Notes under the pieces: model-generated
Databases searched by the model: none
Told to the model about the DNA's origin: nothing
The model's input: only the letters and a program-made list of their open reading frames with translations
Made by a program: the position numbers and the translations under genes
Part shown: in pieces, positions 1-7,203 of the stretch
How positions within the stretch are numbered: position 1 is the stretch's first letter
Layout: every line of letters starts with the position of its first letter
Assembly: GCA_964393765.1 (NCBI GenBank)
Contig: CAYMWG010000010.1
Coordinates: 14,741 to 27,282, forward strand
DNA: 12,542 nucleotides
Source: an uncultured Phycisphaeraceae bacterium
GTDB lineage: Bacteria > Planctomycetota > Phycisphaerae > Phycisphaerales > UBA1924
Direction of reading: 5' to 3'

Positions 1-2752
1 CCGGACCCGCGGGCCCAACGACTTCGACGTTTGTCCACGTTGCCCCCGCATTGGCGGAGATATCAACCGTGAAGGTGTCGAGGTTGGGTGCGCTGCCCGC
101 CGAGTTCGAGTACCAGCGCCAGTATCCGAGCCGCATGGACGCATCCGCCCCCGAGAGGTCGATGACCGGCGAGAGGAGCGTGGTGCGCCCGCCATCGACG
201 TCAAAGGAGTTTTGGTCCGCGCCCGCCAGCCGCCCGGTGACCCAGCAGTTCTGGCCGGGTGGGTCGGTGTGGTCCGCTCCCGGCTGCGCGACAGTGGCCT
301 GCGGGATGCCGCGCTCCCATTGACCAAGGTGGGCGGTGTCGCCGGTCACGCCGCCGACCCAGCCCGCCGGGGCCTCCATGTCGAAGGACGTGATGATCGG
401 CACGCCGACCTGTGCTGTGTACGGATCGGTCGTGCCCGTGTCGGGGAGGATGACCTGGCCGAGCAGCACGGCATTGACGGTGAAGTAGTACTCGGGCGCA
501 TCTCCGCACGCAAAGCCGGGAAGATCGGCCTCGTACAGGCCGCCGCCGGCGTGAGTCATGGTGATCGCGGTGTACACGCCGCCGTCAACGCGGTAATGCA
601 GCGCGGGCGATCCGGCGACGAGCGTGTCGTTCTGGATGCTGACCTGGATCGCCGTCGGTGTGGGCGTGCCGGGGTCGATGAAGTCGGGCGCGAGCGTGAC
701 GACCTCTGCGGAAAGACTGACCGATCCGGAGAACGCGAATGTGGTGTTGGAGGCGACAATCGAGTAGGGCTGCGGGCCTTGCGGGATGTTGGTCCCATGG
801 ATTTCAACGGTCCAGACGCCCGCTGCCGGGGCGTCGACGCGGACCTGCTCGATGTTGTTCAGATGGTCCTCAACCGTGCGGGTCGCGAGTGTGTTGGGCG
901 ATGCCGGCGCGAGTGTCCACGGGAAGGCGCGAGCGCCCGTCGGGCTGTACACCCGCACGTCGAGGTCGTTGATGAGCGAGGGGATCACGTTCGCCGTGCC
1001 CGGAGCGTCGTCCCACGCGGCAGTAAGAACCAGCGCCGGCGAGCCGGGTGCGACGGTGACGGTGTAGAAGTCCACGAAGTCCTGGCCGAGTTGGCCCTCG
1101 GCAGGCGTGCCCGCGCGAAGCAGATCAACCGCGGCGTCCGCCCGGATCGACCCGTACCCGAACTTGTAGTCGGGACCGACATTGCCAAGGTCCGTTGCGC
1201 TCTGTGCCAGCAGCACCTTGAGCGTCGAGTTCCGCGGCCAGGGCGAGCCGGGCCGCAGCCTTGCCCAATCCTCCAAGAGGAGCGACGAGATGCCCGTCGC
1301 GGTCGGTGCGGCCATCGAGGTGCCGCAGTTGACGGAGTAGGCGTTGTTGCTCGCGCTGCTGCAACTGGTCACACCAAAGTCGCCGCTGCTCTGACATCCC
1401 GGCGCGCAAAAATCGGGCTTGAGGCGACCATCGTCGGTGGGTCCCCAGCCGCTGAAGCCGGTCATCGAATCATCGTTGGCGTTCACCGCTCCGATCGAAA
1501 GATGGTTCTTCGCGCCCGCCGGCGGCCCGATCGTACGGAAGCCGCCGGTGTCGCACCGACCGCCGCGCTCGTTGCCCGCCGCCCAGACGATTCGGTAGGG
1601 CACGCCTCCCGACACGCCTTGGCTGCCGCGGACAATGGCGTCGATAACGCTGTCGGTCACCCCGTAGTCCCCGTGCCAACTGCACGGAAAGCCGTTGTTG
1701 TTGACATTGGTGCCGATCGAGTTGTTGGCGATATCCGCGCCCTGGCTGAAAGCGCTTGTATAGTCGGCCTCGATATCGCTCGGGTTGGTGTACAGCCAGC
1801 CCGTGCCGGCGGTTGAAACCGCTGCGGACAAGATCGACGCTCCCGGAGCCATGCCGCGGTTGTTCCCTCCGCTCGCCGCTCCGCTGCCGGCGATCGTGCC
1901 CGCGACGTGCGTCGCGTGATCGATCTGCCCGGAACCATCGATCACGATGGCGCGCCCCGCAAGGTCCTGGTGGGTGGTGCGGACCGACCCGCCGTCGAAT
2001 ACAAACGCCGTGACCCCTGCTCCGTTGAGGTTGTAGGGCGCGGCCTGTGCCTGATTGGCGTGCGTCAACGCGCGATTCTCCACGTTGGTCGGGGAGAGCA
2101 TGGGCAGAGCCGGCTCGATCCACTGCACCGAGTCCTCGCCGGCGAGGGCGATGGCTCTAACGCGGGGCATCTCAATCACCAGGCCGTTAATGGTGCCGAT
2201 GGTGGCACGCACCAGCCCCCCGTGCCTTTGCACCGTCGCGCTCGCCAGAGCGTCATTGGGAACATCTCCATGAAGCAGGACATACAGCGCGACTACGGGC
2301 TCGCCCTTGCCGCCGGCGGACGGAGCGGATCCAACGGTCGTCCACGCGCTCTGGTCGGCATCACTGAACGCTGGATGGAGTTTCCAGCGGGGGTCGATCG
2401 CCTGCACGCCCGAAATAAGCGTGCCGACCGATCGCCCGCGTCCATCGAGGATGCGAGCGTCGATCGATGCGAAGAAGCAGCGATCACCTAACGGCGCCCC
2501 CAAACGAACGCCCGAGACCGCTAAGGCCGCACGATCCCCGTCGCTTGGGCGCTTCGACAGTTGGACTGCAACGTGCAGGACGCCCTCTCCGGCCAATCTC
2601 CCGAGAGCGCCCGCAACATCCTTCTCCGGGACAAACGGCGGCGCATCAGGTGATCGCCACTGGATTTGGCCGAAAGCCGCAGTGCCCGTTCCCGACAGGA
2701 CGCTGAAAATCGCGCTCCAGAACCAGACCGACGACGGAAGGCGTGGGAACAT
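1..2752 (-). CDS. Secreted subtilisin-like serine peptidase (peptidase S8) precursor with I9-type propeptide and long C-terminal beta-domain extension; C-terminus runs off the window start (partial)
   Basis: Hand translation of the minus strand from ATG at 2752..2750 (GAAAGG 6-7 nt upstream) gives an uninterrupted frame of at least 917 aa. It is absent from the ORF track because it has no stop in the window. N-terminus MFPRLPSSVWFWSAIFSVLSGTGTAAFG is signal-peptide-like. The propeptide-like segment (...VVALYVLLHGDVPNDALASATVQRHGGLVRATIGTINGLVIEMPRVRAIALAGEDSVQWIEP) resembles the I9 inhibitor fold. S8 catalytic motifs appear in canonical order: FVFDGGS (Asp, codon 1994-1996), DHATHVAGTIAG (His, about 1916-1918), VWAAGNERG (oxyanion Asn), NCGTSMAAPTATG (Ser; the Met codon is at 1313-1315). 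After about aa 540 there are further beta-rich modules ending ...FDVDGGRTTLLSPVIDLSGADASMRLGYWRWYSNS...TFTVDISANAGATW. Confidence 0.85.
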   Translation of the reverse strand, partial: MFPRLPSSVWFWSAIFSVLSGTGTAAFGQIQWRSPDAPPFVPEKDVAGALGRLAGEGVLHVAVQLSKRPSDGDRAALAVSGVRLGAPLGDRCFFASIDARILDGRGRSVGTLISGVQAIDPRWKLHPAFSDADQSAWTTVGSAPSAGGKGEPVVALYVLLHGDVPNDALASATVQRHGGLVRATIGTINGLVIEMPRVRAIALAGEDSVQWIEPALPMLSPTNVENRALTHANQAQAAPYNLNGAGVTAFVFDGGSVRTTHQDLAGRAIVIDGSGQIDHATHVAGTIAGSGAASGGNNRGMAPGASILSAAVSTAGTGWLYTNPSDIEADYTSAFSQGADIANNSIGTNVNNNGFPCSWHGDYGVTDSVIDAIVRGSQGVSGGVPYRIVWAAGNERGGRCDTGGFRTIGPPAGAKNHLSIGAVNANDDSMTGFSGWGPTDDGRLKPDFCAPGCQSSGDFGVTSCSSASNNAYSVNCGTSMAAPTATGISSLLLEDWARLRPGSPWPRNSTLKVLLAQSATDLGNVGPDYKFGYGSIRADAAVDLLRAGTPAEGQLGQDFVDFYTVTVAPGSPALVLTAAWDDAPGTANVIPSLINDLDVRVYSPTGARAFPWTLAPASPNTLATRTVEDHLNNIEQVRVDAPAAGVWTVEIHGTNIPQGPQPYSIVASNTTFAFSGSVSLSAEVVTLAPDFIDPGTPTPTAIQVSIQNDTLVAGSPALHYRVDGGVYTAITMTHAGGGLYEADLPGFACGDAPEYYFTVNAVLLGQVILPDTGTTDPYTAQVGVPIITSFDMEAPAGWVGGVTGDTAHLGQWERGIPQATVAQPGADHTDPPGQNCWVTGRLAGADQNSFDVDGGRTTLLSPVIDLSGADASMRLGYWRWYSNSAGSAPNLDTFTVDISANAGATWTNVEVVGPAGP

Positions 2753-2855
2753 GGTGCCTTTCAGCGAGGATGCGGGAGGTTTTTTTCCTCACCGGCTCCG
2801 CGCGCTTAGAAAACTACGCTGTTGGCCGGACCCGCGAGGGACCGTATGCGAACCA

Positions 2856-2883
2856 AATATGAGCCGAATCGGTGGAAGGTCAA
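2856..2883 (-). promoter_or_regulatory. Candidate sigma70-like promoter for the S8 peptidase gene: TTGACC (2883..2878), 16-nt spacer, CATATT (2861..2856), read on the minus strand
   Basis: This is the only near-consensus -35 hexamer in the 147-bp gap between the lpdA stop (2900) and the peptidase ATG (2752). The spacing is correct and the -10 matches TATAAT at 4 of 6 positions. Promoter consensus in this lineage is unknown, so the call is weak. Confidence 0.2.
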
Positions 2884-2899
2884 GGCAAGTTCCGTGGGT

Positions 2900-4471
2900 T
2901 TATCCGTGAATGACGCGACCCTCGGACGCCAGAGCAGCCTCATGCATCGCCTCGTGCATTGTCGGGTGGGCGTGGATGGTGCAGATCAGTTCCTCGGTCG
3001 TCGCTTCCAGCCTTCGCGCCAGCGTCATCTCGGCGATCAACTCCGTCGCCTGGTCGCCGATGATGTGCGCCCCAAGAATCTCGCCGCGCGGCAGCCCGCG
3101 GATGATCTTCACAAAGCCATCGGTGTGGGCCGCGGCGATCGCCTTGCCGTGGGCGGTGAAGGCGTACTTGCCTACGTCGTAGTCCTTGCCCTTGGCCAGG
3201 CCATCGGCGATGAGTTTCTGCTCGGTGAAGCCGACGCTGGCGACCTGCGGGATGCAGTAGGTGCAGCCGGGGATGACGGTGTAGTTGATGGCGATGGGCT
3301 CGTGATTGATCTTCTTGTCGCGCCAGGCGATGCGCTCGACGCACAGCACGGCCTCCTCGCTGGCGACGTGCGCAAGCCACGGCGGGCCGATGACGTCGCC
3401 CACGGCGTACACGCCGGGGAGGCTGGCCTTGTAGTCGATCGGCTCGTCCTTGGTGATGCCGGGCTTGTAGTCTGTGACGATGTGGCCGCGATCGACTTTC
3501 AGGCCGAGTTTTTCATCGCACAGGCCGTCGGTGCGTCCGACGACGCCGATGGCCAGGAGCACGCGGTCGGCTTCGAGGTTCTGCTTCTTGGACTCGTCGG
3601 CTTTGCCATTTACGAACGGCGCGACAGTGACCTTCACGCCCGTCGCCGACTTCTCGACTGCGGTGGTGGTCGTGGAGAGCATGATCTTCATGCCGTGCTT
3701 GGTGTAGATCTTTTCAAGAGCCTTGGAGACCTCGTGGTCCTCGACCGGCAGGACGCGGTCGAGCATCTCGACAACGGTGACTTCCGTGCCCAGAGAGTGA
3801 TAGAAGTACGCAAACTCGAGGCCGATCGCGCCCGCTCCAACGACGATTAACTTCTTGGGCTGCTGCTTGTTGAACATCGCCTCGCGCGCGCCCCAGACGC
3901 GGTCGCCATCAAACCGGGCGAACGGCAGGTCGCGTGCCACCGAGCCGGTCGCGACGATGCAGTGCTCGGCGGTGATGGTCTGGGTGGTTTTGCCGGGCTT
4001 GGCGGGCGCGCTCGTCAGTTCCTCCTTGACCTCGCACTCCTGCACCTCGACGCTCACCTTGGCTTTTCCTCCCCCGCCCTCCGCCTTCACGATCTTCGCG
4101 TTGCCGACGAAGTGGGTGATCTTGTTCTTCTTGAACAGGAACTCGATGCCCTTGTTGAGTTTGCCCGCGACCTCGCGTGAGCGACCGATGATGCGGTCCC
4201 AGTCCAGCCCCACGGCCCCGTCCCCGCCGATCTTGATCCCCCAAAATGCCTGGTCTTCCTTTCTTTTGATCTTCTCGACCAGTTCGGCGTTGGCCAGAAG
4301 GCTCTTGGAAGGGATGCAGCCCCAGTTCAGGCACACCCCGCCGAGTTTGGCCCGCTCCACGCAGGCGACCTTGTATCCAAGTTGTGCAGCCCGGATCGCC
4401 CCGACATACCCCGCAGGGCCGCCACCAATCACGATGACATCGAACTGGTTACCTGAAGCGGTGTCGGCCAC
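2900..4471 (-). CDS. lpdA: Dihydrolipoyl (dihydrolipoamide) dehydrogenase, E3 component
   Basis: The ORF-track frame is 2900..4594 minus. Diagnostic motifs: QFDVIVIGGGPAGY (FAD Rossmann GxGxxG), GGVCLNWGCIPSK (redox-active CxxxxC disulfide of class I pyridine nucleotide-disulfide oxidoreductases), LIVVGAGAIGLEFA (NAD-binding Rossmann), AVGDVIGPPWLAH, and C-terminal TIHAHPTMHEAMHEAA (His-Glu dyad region). I place the start at GTG 4471, which is preceded 8 nt upstream by AGGAGA. The ATG at 4594 would add 41 Pro-rich residues (MFPSHRILPSPYTVPPVGPDASDAGSPGHTPYQRPRTGDRS) with no counterpart in Lpd proteins. Confidence 0.9.
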   Translation of the reverse strand: MADTASGNQFDVIVIGGGPAGYVGAIRAAQLGYKVACVERAKLGGVCLNWGCIPSKSLLANAELVEKIKRKEDQAFWGIKIGGDGAVGLDWDRIIGRSREVAGKLNKGIEFLFKKNKITHFVGNAKIVKAEGGGGKAKVSVEVQECEVKEELTSAPAKPGKTTQTITAEHCIVATGSVARDLPFARFDGDRVWGAREAMFNKQQPKKLIVVGAGAIGLEFAYFYHSLGTEVTVVEMLDRVLPVEDHEVSKALEKIYTKHGMKIMLSTTTTAVEKSATGVKVTVAPFVNGKADESKKQNLEADRVLLAIGVVGRTDGLCDEKLGLKVDRGHIVTDYKPGITKDEPIDYKASLPGVYAVGDVIGPPWLAHVASEEAVLCVERIAWRDKKINHEPIAINYTVIPGCTYCIPQVASVGFTEQKLIADGLAKGKDYDVGKYAFTAHGKAIAAAHTDGFVKIIRGLPRGEILGAHIIGDQATELIAEMTLARRLEATTEELICTIHAHPTMHEAMHEAALASEGRVIHG

Positions 4472-4641
4472 GGAACGATCTCCTGTACGCGGTCTCTGGT
4501 AGGGGGTATGGCCCGGCGATCCGGCATCGCTTGCATCCGGGCCGACGGGGGGCACAGTATAGGGTGAGGGGAGAATGCGGTGACTGGGGAACAAGCAGCC
4601 CGACCGTCAGAGAGGGCGTTCTTCGGAAGCGGGAAGCGGTA

Positions 4642-4699
4642 GGTAGTGGGTAGTGGGTAGTGGGTGGTGAGGTGGTGAGGTGGTGAAGAGGGTGATGAG
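4642..4699 (+). repeat. C-free G/T/A short tandem repeat array: (GGTAGTG)x3 at 4642-4662, (GGTGGTGA)x3 at 4663-4686, then AGAGGGTGATGAG, abutting the TTG start of the downstream peptidase gene
   Basis: Read directly from the sequence: a 58-nt tract with no cytosine in a genome that is about 70% GC. It has perfect heptamer and octamer tandem copies, contains GGG runs (GGGTAGTGGGTAGTGGG), and lies in the divergent intergenic region between lpdA (minus) and the S8/P-domain peptidase (plus). Confidence 0.85.
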
Positions 4700-6991
4700 T
4701 TGAAATCCGCGATCCGCAATCCGAAATCCTTTCCCCCTGCGTCGCTGCGTCGCTCCGTCGCTTCCGATTTCAGGCTTGGCATCATTTTTCTCATCGCAAG
4801 CCTTGTCGCCACCCCGCCCGTTGGTGCGCAAGCGGCCGAACCACTCGCGCGGGCAGCGGTGGCCCAGTCGGCTGCCTTCGAGCCGCGAATCCTGTACGTC
4901 AAGTTCCGCGACGATCTCCCGGTGCGACTGGCCGCCGACGGCAGGTCACTGACAGATCGTGCCGCAATGGGTGAAGTGGGGGGGGCGTGGTCGCGCGTTC
5001 ACGATGTGCCCGAGGCCCGGCTCGATGAGTTGCGTGCGACGGCGACGAAGAACCTCGGTCGCCCGACGCCCGACCACAACACCGAGTTTTTCCTGACGCT
5101 GCCGGACGCGACCGCCCGAGACGATGCCCGGACTGCCCTCGCGAAACACGACGAAGTGCAGCATGTCGGCTTGGTGCCGCGCCCGGTCGCCGCACCGACC
5201 GCCCCGGACTTCACCGCGGGCCAGGGCTATCTGCTTGACGCCGCGCAGGGTCACGGATCCAGCGCGCTCTGGCAGTGGCCCGGCGGTCGCGGCGAGAACG
5301 TGCGCATCTGCGACATCGAGTATTCGTGGAACCTCAACCACGTCGACCTGCCCACGGTGATTCGCCTTGGCCCGGCGGGGAACGACCCCTTCAACAACAC
5401 CAACCACGGCACGGCGGTGCTCGGCGTCATGCTGGCGCGTGCGGACGGGGCGGGGACCACCGGGATGTGTGCAAGCGCGACCGGCCATGTGGTGCCGGCG
5501 GTCGTCAACAACATCTGGAACATCGGCAGCGCCATCACAACGGCGCTCACCACCCTCGCGCCCGGCGATGTCCTCGCGCTGGAGCAGCAGGTGCAGGGAC
5601 CGAACTGGCCGGGAGGCTCTTCGCAACTCGGCCTGGTCCCGTGCGACTGGGTTCTGGCGTGGTACAACGCGGTGGTGACGGCAACGGGCAACGGCGTGAC
5701 AGTCATCGAAGCGGCGGGCAACGGCAGCCAGAACCTCGATGACGCTGTGTACTCAACCGGCAACGGCGGACATTGGCCGTTCCTTCCCACCAACGACTCC
5801 GGGGCGGTCATCGTCGGCGGCGGTCTGCCGCCTCCTTATCTCGCCGATGACCGGACGAGGTCGCTGTCGTCGAACTACGGCGGCGCGGTGGATGCGCAGT
5901 CCTGGGCTGCGATTGTCACCACCCTCGGGTATGGCCAGTTGTACAACGCCGAAGGGGCGAACGTGCTGTACACATCCTCCTTCTCGGGCACTTCGAGCGC
6001 GACGGCGATCGTCGCCGGCGCGGCCGCACAGTTGCAGTCCCTGCACCTTTCGCTGCGGGGCGTTCCGCTGACCCCGCTTGAACTGCGCGCGGCACTCCGC
6101 GCGACCGGGATTCCCCAGCAGGGCAGCACTGCCGCCCCGGCGAGCCAGAGCATCGGGCCGCGCCCGAACCTCGTCGGTGCGGTGTTTCACGCTCTGACCG
6201 CAATCGACTGCGACAACAACACGGTCCCGGACGAGATTGATCTCGCCCTCAGCCCATCACTGGATGCGGATGACAGCGGCGGGATCGATGCCTGCGAGCG
6301 CCCGTGCGGCCTGCGGCTTTCCCTGATCGACAACGCTCCGGCGCTGATCCCCGACAACATGCCCTCGGGTTTGTCCCGCGCCATGAGCGATCCGGGCATC
6401 GTCGGGCAGACCGCCGGCGTCGTCGTGTGGGTGGAACTCACACACCCATTCATCGGAGATGTCTCCGTTTCCATTTCCAACGGCGTCACCACCGTTCCGC
6501 TCTTTGTGCGGCCGGGACGCGAGGGAGCCGGCGATGGCGACTCCTCCAACTTTGAGGGAAGGTATGTCTTCTCCGATGCAGCCGCATCCGACCTGTGGTC
6601 GGCCGCGGCGGTAGCGGGAGCGACCTCAGCAGCTCCTCCGGGTGCATACCGGCCCACTGGTGCCTGGAATGGTTCCGGCCCTGCATCCGCCTCCTTGTCT
6701 GACCTCCTCCCGGAAGCCCCGGGCGGACCCTGGATGCTGACGGTTAACGATGAACGCACGGGCGACAAGGGCACGCTCATCCGGTGGGGGGTGCAGTTGA
6801 CGGTCCGGGATTCCGCATGCTGCCTCGCGGACTTTGACGGAGACGGCTTGCCGGGCGTGCCGGACATCTTCGCATTCCTCGCGGCGTGGTTCGCCACAGA
6901 GCCCGCTGCGGACATCGACTTGGACGGCACGACCAACGTGCCGGATATCTTCGCATTCCTGGGCGCGTGGTTTGCCGGGTGCGACGCGTAG
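4700..6991 (+). CDS. Secreted subtilisin/kexin-like serine peptidase (S8) with N-terminal propeptide, proprotein-convertase P (homo-B) domain and C-terminal tandem dockerin-like (GC-type dockerin-like) module
   Basis: TTG start at 4700; there is an in-frame stop at 4676-4678 and no ATG/GTG upstream. Signal peptide: RLGIIFLIASLVATPPVGAQA. Propeptide-like segment: ILYVKFRDD...ALAKHDEVQHVGLVP. Catalytic motifs in S8 order: RICDIEYSW (Asp), NTNHGTAVLGV (His), IEAAGNGSQNLD (Asn), SFSGTSSATAIVAGAAAQL (Ser). P-domain-like region about aa 536-703: PDNMPSGLSRAMSDPGIVGQTAGVVVWVELTHPFIGDVSVSISNGVTTVPLF...GGPWMLTVNDERTGDKGTLIRWGVQLTV. C-terminal 57 aa, CCLADFDGDGLPGVPDIFAFLAAWFATEPAADIDLDGTTNVPDIFAFLGAWFAGCDA, are two dockerin-like repeats bracketed by Cys and Gly-Cys. 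Stop TAG at 6989-6991. Confidence 0.85.
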   Translation: MKSAIRNPKSFPPASLRRSVASDFRLGIIFLIASLVATPPVGAQAAEPLARAAVAQSAAFEPRILYVKFRDDLPVRLAADGRSLTDRAAMGEVGGAWSRVHDVPEARLDELRATATKNLGRPTPDHNTEFFLTLPDATARDDARTALAKHDEVQHVGLVPRPVAAPTAPDFTAGQGYLLDAAQGHGSSALWQWPGGRGENVRICDIEYSWNLNHVDLPTVIRLGPAGNDPFNNTNHGTAVLGVMLARADGAGTTGMCASATGHVVPAVVNNIWNIGSAITTALTTLAPGDVLALEQQVQGPNWPGGSSQLGLVPCDWVLAWYNAVVTATGNGVTVIEAAGNGSQNLDDAVYSTGNGGHWPFLPTNDSGAVIVGGGLPPPYLADDRTRSLSSNYGGAVDAQSWAAIVTTLGYGQLYNAEGANVLYTSSFSGTSSATAIVAGAAAQLQSLHLSLRGVPLTPLELRAALRATGIPQQGSTAAPASQSIGPRPNLVGAVFHALTAIDCDNNTVPDEIDLALSPSLDADDSGGIDACERPCGLRLSLIDNAPALIPDNMPSGLSRAMSDPGIVGQTAGVVVWVELTHPFIGDVSVSISNGVTTVPLFVRPGREGAGDGDSSNFEGRYVFSDAAASDLWSAAAVAGATSAAPPGAYRPTGAWNGSGPASASLSDLLPEAPGGPWMLTVNDERTGDKGTLIRWGVQLTVRDSACCLADFDGDGLPGVPDIFAFLAAWFATEPAADIDLDGTTNVPDIFAFLGAWFAGCDA

Positions 6992-7099
6992 GTTGGGGGT
7001 AGGGCGAATCGAAATCCCCGAACCGCCTCCTTCCGGGGCTCGTATTCACCATCGAAGCGGCAGTGCGCCGATGCTCTGGATAGGGGTTGGGGAAGACCC

Positions 7100-7118
7100 G
7101 GGGGCTAAGATCGCCCCC
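7100..7118 (+). terminator. GC-rich hairpin GGGGGC-taagatc-GCCCCC followed by TTGGCTTTG; possible intrinsic terminator of the upstream peptidase gene or a 5'-UTR attenuator of the metal ATPase
   Basis: Perfect 6-bp stem with a 7-nt loop, 109 nt after the peptidase stop and 86 nt before the ATPase ATG, followed by a U-containing tail. High-GC sequence produces many chance hairpins. Confidence 0.2.
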
Positions 7119-7203
7119 TTGGCTTTGCTCCCTTTGGACTCTCGCCCGCCCGGACGGCCCTTCCGGCCTTCGGCGAATCGGTCAAACGAACTCGGAGATC
7201 GCA

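Noticed and set aside
212-1816. 534-aa plus-strand ORF (MVRARQPPGDPAVLAGW...)
   Set aside because: It lies wholly antisense to the S8 peptidase gene, whose minus-strand frame carries all catalytic motifs. Its composition is Arg/Gly/Ala/Asp-rich, typical of GC-driven open frames, and it has no recognisable motif.
2822-3850. 342-aa plus-strand ORF antisense to lpdA, and the nested 2910..3182 / 3474..3707 ORFs
   Set aside because: It is in the opposite frame of a gene with unmistakable Lpd motifs, and the low-complexity RGDAV-rich translation has no domain signature.
4740-4790. Possible twin-arginine (Tat) signal in the peptidase N-region (SLRRSVASDF)
   Set aside because: It does not fit the S/T-R-R-x-F-L-K consensus, since there is no hydrophobic pair after RR. 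The h-region and AQA cleavage site look like an ordinary Sec signal.
7087-7203. TTG-initiated 39-codon N-terminal extension of the ATPase ORF (MGKTRGLRSPPWLCSLWTLARPDGPSGLRRIGQTNSEIA)
   Set aside because: The ATG at 7204 has a GGAGAT Shine-Dalgarno and starts directly at the His-rich metal-binding segment. The extension has no TM or HMA character and overlaps a GC hairpin.
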